Shown piece by piece: positions 16,977 to 20,000 of a stretch of DNA of 20,000 nucleotides. The stretch comes from an uncultured virus (IMG/VR IMGVR_UViG_3300031578_000015) (lineage: Duplodnaviria > Heunggongvirae > Uroviricota > Caudoviricetes), in the IMG/VR virus record IMGVR_UViG_3300031578_000015; one strand, given 5' to 3'. The position numbers were made by a program, and so were the translations under genes. Within the stretch, counting starts at the first letter, position 1; every line of letters begins with the position of its first letter. The notes under the pieces were generated by a model that worked only from the letters and a program-made list of their open reading frames with translations, was not told the DNA's origin and searched no databases.

Positions 16977-16986
16977 AATTATCTCC

Positions 16987-17385
16987 TCAATAGTGGATTT
17001 CTTCTAAATGTAATAATCCATCATCCCCCGTAAAAATAATATTTCTAATCCCTACTTCTCTAATAGCTAAATTGCAAATATTGCAGGGCCTTGCCATCCT
17101 TACTAATCCTGTTGACGTTATTCTTACTATCATTATGCTTTCTGGATTGTTCCTGTTTTTTACTAGTGATGCTATTTCGGCATGTAAATATTCCCTGTTC
17201 CTATTGCCGCATTTCAATGATAATCTTGATTGCATGGGATGGGTTTTCTGGTAGCTATTCTCACCTATCGAAATGATATTATTATGATGATCTAGGGACG
17301 CAGCTATCACCCAGTATTTTTTTGTTGAGTCAATAGTAGGTGAAAGAGTATCGATCAATTTTTGATAGACTTTTTCTAGCTTCAT
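16987..17385 (-). CDS. Cytidine/dCMP deaminase-superfamily protein
   Basis: Zn-binding HAE (LHAEIASL) and PCxxC (ARPCNIC) motifs; IISIGEN...KTHP. Confidence 0.88.
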   Translation of the reverse strand: MKLEKVYQKLIDTLSPTIDSTKKYWVIAASLDHHNNIISIGENSYQKTHPMQSRLSLKCGNRNREYLHAEIASLVKNRNNPESIMIVRITSTGLVRMARPCNICNLAIREVGIRNIIFTGDDGLLHLEEIHY

Positions 17386-17603
17386 TTATGTAGTTCCACT
17401 ATAAATGAATTAAATGCTTCTAGTAAACAAGGATAAGGATATAAATATTTTGAAGTATCAGCAGTATGATTTTTCATTATAATATAATCGGTTTTAGACC
17501 AATAAGGAACGAATAAAACTTTTTCTATATTTTCTTTCCATCCATTAGGCATATATTTAGATATATAATTTCTACATGATATTTCATCATCATATAAATT
17601 CAT
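17382..17603 (-). CDS. Hypothetical protein
   Basis: 73-aa ORF with 4-bp overlaps to both neighbours. Confidence 0.6.
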   Translation of the reverse strand: MNLYDDEISCRNYISKYMPNGWKENIEKVLFVPYWSKTDYIIMKNHTADTSKYLYPYPCLLEAFNSFIVELHK

Positions 17604-17803
17604 ACATACCTCGCCTCGCTATGACTTTCATCCTTCATCGGTTCAGGATCAATAAAAATATCATACCAATGTTTTTTGTTTAAAACTTGTTTCTCTACTT
17701 CCGCGCAAAGCTCCAAGGCAAGCATCTGCAATTCTGTTGCCTCGCGGTTAATTTGCCGTTCCTTGTGCGCGGCGCCTCGGATATCTGCTATCAGTTTTTG
17801 CAT
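17600..17803 (-). CDS. Hypothetical protein (GC-rich, helical)
   Basis: 67-aa ORF tiling with neighbours on the - strand. Confidence 0.55.
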   Translation of the reverse strand: MQKLIADIRGAAHKERQINREATELQMLALELCAEVEKQVLNKKHWYDIFIDPEPMKDESHSEARYV

Positions 17804-17807
17804 ATTA

Positions 17808-17975
17808 TTAATGGATGTTATTCGCGTTGCCGATCAATGCCGAATAAATATTATTGGCATTATATTGGGAATCGCACTTTATCTCGATTGAAACATCTTG
17901 ATAATTTGGATCGGTAAGAAGGATAGTAAAAGTTCCGTCGTCATTATCAAGTACCATCGCCTGAATCTTATCCAT
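17808..17975 (-). CDS. Hypothetical acidic protein, 55 aa (not in ORF track): MDKIQAMVLDNDDGTFTILLTDPNYQDVSIEIKCDSQYNANNIYSALIGNANNIH
   Basis: Manually translated; perfect AGGAGG RBS 5 nt before the ATG; directly downstream of a sigma70-like promoter; ends 4 nt before the next ATG. Confidence 0.75.
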   Translation of the reverse strand: MDKIQAMVLDNDDGTFTILLTDPNYQDVSIEIKCDSQYNANNIYSALIGNANNIH

Positions 17976-18005
17976 ATCTTCCTCCTATCAATCAACCTTA
18001 ATAAC

Positions 18006-18033
18006 ATTATAAAGCATATTTTCAAATTGTCTA
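18006..18033 (-). promoter_or_regulatory. Sigma70-like promoter TAGACA-N16-TATAAT
   Basis: -35 TAGACA at 18033-18028, perfect -10 TATAAT at 18011-18006, followed about 20 nt later by AGGAGG and the ATG at 17975. Confidence 0.65.
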
Positions 18034-18145
18034 ATGATATTTGATTATTTTCTGCCTTCTTTCTACGATTTTTCTTCCAAACCACTTAAAACTTGTTAAG
18101 CAGAATTGGCTTATAGCCTATATAGCATTTACGCTATGACGTTTT

Positions 18146-18544
18146 CTAAGTTTTCCCGTACTTTCCTGCCTTGGACAGCTTATCTATTTTGTTTTGAAAG
18201 TATTCGATTTTCTCTATATAGTATTCTCTAGTAGCCATGAATGGCTTTTTGCTATCTAAATATAATTGTTCCATTTCTGCCATGGAATAATGTTTATACA
18301 TCCAATTGGCATAATCAGCCGCCTTGCCATGATGATGCTTATAATGGATCTTATTAGTCATGGCATGGGCATTCCGCTCATCCCATCTAAGGCTAGGTGT
18401 CTGCATATAATCATAATAATGAGAACATTGCAGATGATCTTTCTTTTTAGATAATATACATTTCTTATCACGCAAGCGAATGTATAAATTAAAAGTTTTG
18501 TCTAAACGATTTTTTAATGTTTTTAACTTGGGAAGTTTTTTCAT
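18146..18544 (-). CDS. NinG/Rap-like recombination endonuclease
   Basis: LDKTFNLYIRLRD..C, LQCSHY and SLRWDERNAH match the NinG consensus (F..YIR.RD..CI.C...GH...LRF.E.N.H). Confidence 0.8.
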   Translation of the reverse strand: MKKLPKLKTLKNRLDKTFNLYIRLRDKKCILSKKKDHLQCSHYYDYMQTPSLRWDERNAHAMTNKIHYKHHHGKAADYANWMYKHYSMAEMEQLYLDSKKPFMATREYYIEKIEYFQNKIDKLSKAGKYGKT

Positions 18545-18777
18545 TAAATATTGGAACTTTCGTTAATGCTATTTACCTTATCTAGTAATTCATTTATAAA
18601 AGCAGAATATATTTTTTCTCTGTCCATAATATTTATAGTATCTTGTGATAAATTAATCCCTTCGTTTTTTAGATAATCAATTAAATATAGCGGTAATGTA
18701 TAATCTTCTTTTTGGAATCTTTCAAATATACATTTCAAGTCTGCAAGATTAAAATATGTATCAATTAATTCTTTCAT
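18544..18777 (-). CDS. Hypothetical protein
   Basis: AAGGAG RBS; 77 aa; stop overlaps the ninG-like start. Confidence 0.6.
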   Translation of the reverse strand: MKELIDTYFNLADLKCIFERFQKEDYTLPLYLIDYLKNEGINLSQDTINIMDREKIYSAFINELLDKVNSINESSNI

Positions 18778-19000
18778 TTTCTATCTCCTTGAAATATTCT
18801 TTATTTATACTTTCAAATCCTAATACTATGAAATACTTGAATGTTTTAAAATTATTGTTATCAATACTTAATATCATTTCGCTTATGGCATTTGCCTTGC
18901 CGACTTCATTTGACAATAGATTGTATTCTTTCCATACTGAATATAATTGTGCTTTTGTCAGTCCTAAATCCTTGATGAGGCTTGTTGCTTTTTTAGTCAT
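18761..19000 (-). CDS. Hypothetical protein
   Basis: 79-aa ORF tiling in the - strand operon. Confidence 0.6.
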   Translation of the reverse strand: MTKKATSLIKDLGLTKAQLYSVWKEYNLLSNEVGKANAISEMILSIDNNNFKTFKYFIVLGFESINKEYFKEIENERIN

Positions 19001-19141
19001 TTATCTATAATTCCGAATAATAAGAACAGGCCCTATTTCCCAACATTCGCTTAATACTGGAAAATGGTGTTTATATTTATTCCATTTTTCAAATAAGAAG
19101 ATGCCAATATACCAATTATTATGTTTAGTTCTAAGATTCAT
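19001..19141 (-). CDS. Hypothetical protein, 46 aa (not in ORF track): MNLRTKHNNWYIGIFLFEKWNKYKHHFPVLSECWEIGPVLIIRNYR
   Basis: Manually translated; AGGAG RBS within the end of the recA-like gene; stop abuts the next ATG at 19000. Confidence 0.6.
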   Translation of the reverse strand: MNLRTKHNNWYIGIFLFEKWNKYKHHFPVLSECWEIGPVLIIRNYR

Positions 19142-20000
19142 ATTTTGGTCTCCTATTTAGCTTGACGCTGTTTTCTATCTCTTCCCATTTATCCTTTACC
19201 TTTTTCTTCAATTCTTTTGATACATTATTTTCTTCAATATATTTTACAAGCTCATTCCGCGACATTGATTTATCATCCCAATTGCCGCGAGGATTCTTTA
19301 CCAGCTTTCCTTGTGGTGTTAAAAAACCATATAGATAATCGATATTGGTAGTAATGTCATCAAGGCCATATTCAAAATACAATTTGATGAAGCATTCCCG
19401 ATATGGTCTTGGTGTTTTGCTTTTTGTATTTTTTGCTTTTACCGTTACTCCGATAGGAATACCCTTAGCTAATATCTTATTGACATTGGCAAGCCATAAT
19501 ACAGTATGGGCATAAAAATCCATCGCCTTTCCACCAGACCTAGTATATTTTTCAAAACTACCTGGAGTCAAATTACATCTTAATTGGGAAATTACAATTA
19601 TTAATGCATTTTTCCTTTCTGTTAAATCTGTCAATTGTGGGAAAAAGGTATTAGAAAGATATTTAGGTTTACCTAGTCTGTAAGAACCTTTTATTTTTTC
19701 TTCTTTTTCCCTAGTTATCTTTTCTCGTTTCTTTTTATATGCATTATATTGAGCATCAGCTAATTTCTTCCCTTCAAGACTATCAAGACCATCTAACGAA
19801 TCAATTACATAGACTCCAAATTCATTATCTTTTAATGATTCTAAAAAATTTCTTACATTGCAATATAAATCTTCTACTGTTTTTGATTTAGTTCTTTTGG
19901 TTTCATCCAAAGGCATGATTTCAAAACCATATAATTTTTTTGTATTAAAAGAAAACCCACTTTCACAGTCATCATAAACCCATTTGAATTTATCTAAAAA
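19131..20000 (-). CDS. RecA/UvsX-like recombinase, 5'-truncated by window edge
   Basis: Frame open to base 20000 (FLDKFKWVYDDCESGF...); Walker B VYVIDSLDGL, IIVISQLR, SGGKAMDFYA and KNTKSK correspond to RecA motifs; Walker A lies outside the window. Confidence 0.88.
   Translation of the reverse strand, partial: FLDKFKWVYDDCESGFSFNTKKLYGFEIMPLDETKRTKSKTVEDLYCNVRNFLESLKDNEFGVYVIDSLDGLDSLEGKKLADAQYNAYKKKREKITREKEEKIKGSYRLGKPKYLSNTFFPQLTDLTERKNALIIVISQLRCNLTPGSFEKYTRSGGKAMDFYAHTVLWLANVNKILAKGIPIGVTVKAKNTKSKTPRPYRECFIKLYFEYGLDDITTNIDYLYGFLTPQGKLVKNPRGNWDDKSMSRNELVKYIEENNVSKELKKKVKDKWEEIENSVKLNRRPKYES

Noticed and set aside
17879..18085. 68-aa ORF from the track
   Set aside because: GTG start with no evident RBS; it spans the predicted promoter and overlaps the better supported 17808..17975 ORF with AGGAGG.
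337..19010. Antisense or nested short ORFs in the track (e.g. 337..525, 765..1013, 1330..1518, 2442..2633, 2678..2887, 6243..6467, 7482..7772, 8433..8627, 9029..9211, 13332..13598, 14783..14968, 15328..15618, 15760..16044, 17072..17276, 17676..17917, 18266..18454, 18756..19010)
   Set aside because: They overlap well-supported genes on the opposite strand or in another frame and show no recognisable motifs.
1..20000. Alternative genetic code (stop-codon reassignment)
   Set aside because: Genes tile densely under the standard code, and TAA, TAG and TGA all end genes at sensible boundaries.

Overview
AT-rich fragment of a tailed phage or prophage with siphovirus-type gene order and two convergent arms. 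The + strand (1-15562) carries the late operon: scaffold (cut by the window edge), P22-coat-like major capsid, decoration protein, head-tail adaptor and closure, an HK97-gp10-type neck protein split by a 347-aa intein carrying a Vsr/DUF559-like nuclease, tail terminator, tail tube, -1 frameshifted tail chaperones, a 1008-aa tape measure and two tail-tip proteins each with an inserted Asp-box beta-propeller. One propeller is built from seven near-identical 129-bp repeats with two hypervariable spots. An unusual lysis region follows (membrane proteins, an H...SxGC L,D-transpeptidase-like protein, a class-3 lipase, a 3TM holin). Three tiny Lys-rich genes, two missing from the ORF track, sit between head/neck genes. 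The - strand (15667-20000) carries early/middle genes: RecA-like recombinase (cut by the window edge), NinG-like nuclease, deaminase, a degenerate lytic transglycosylase and small hypothetical genes, some GC-rich, downstream of a sigma70-like promoter. A 74-nt tRNA-like fold lies where the arms meet. All family calls come from motif recognition and synteny; no database search was run.
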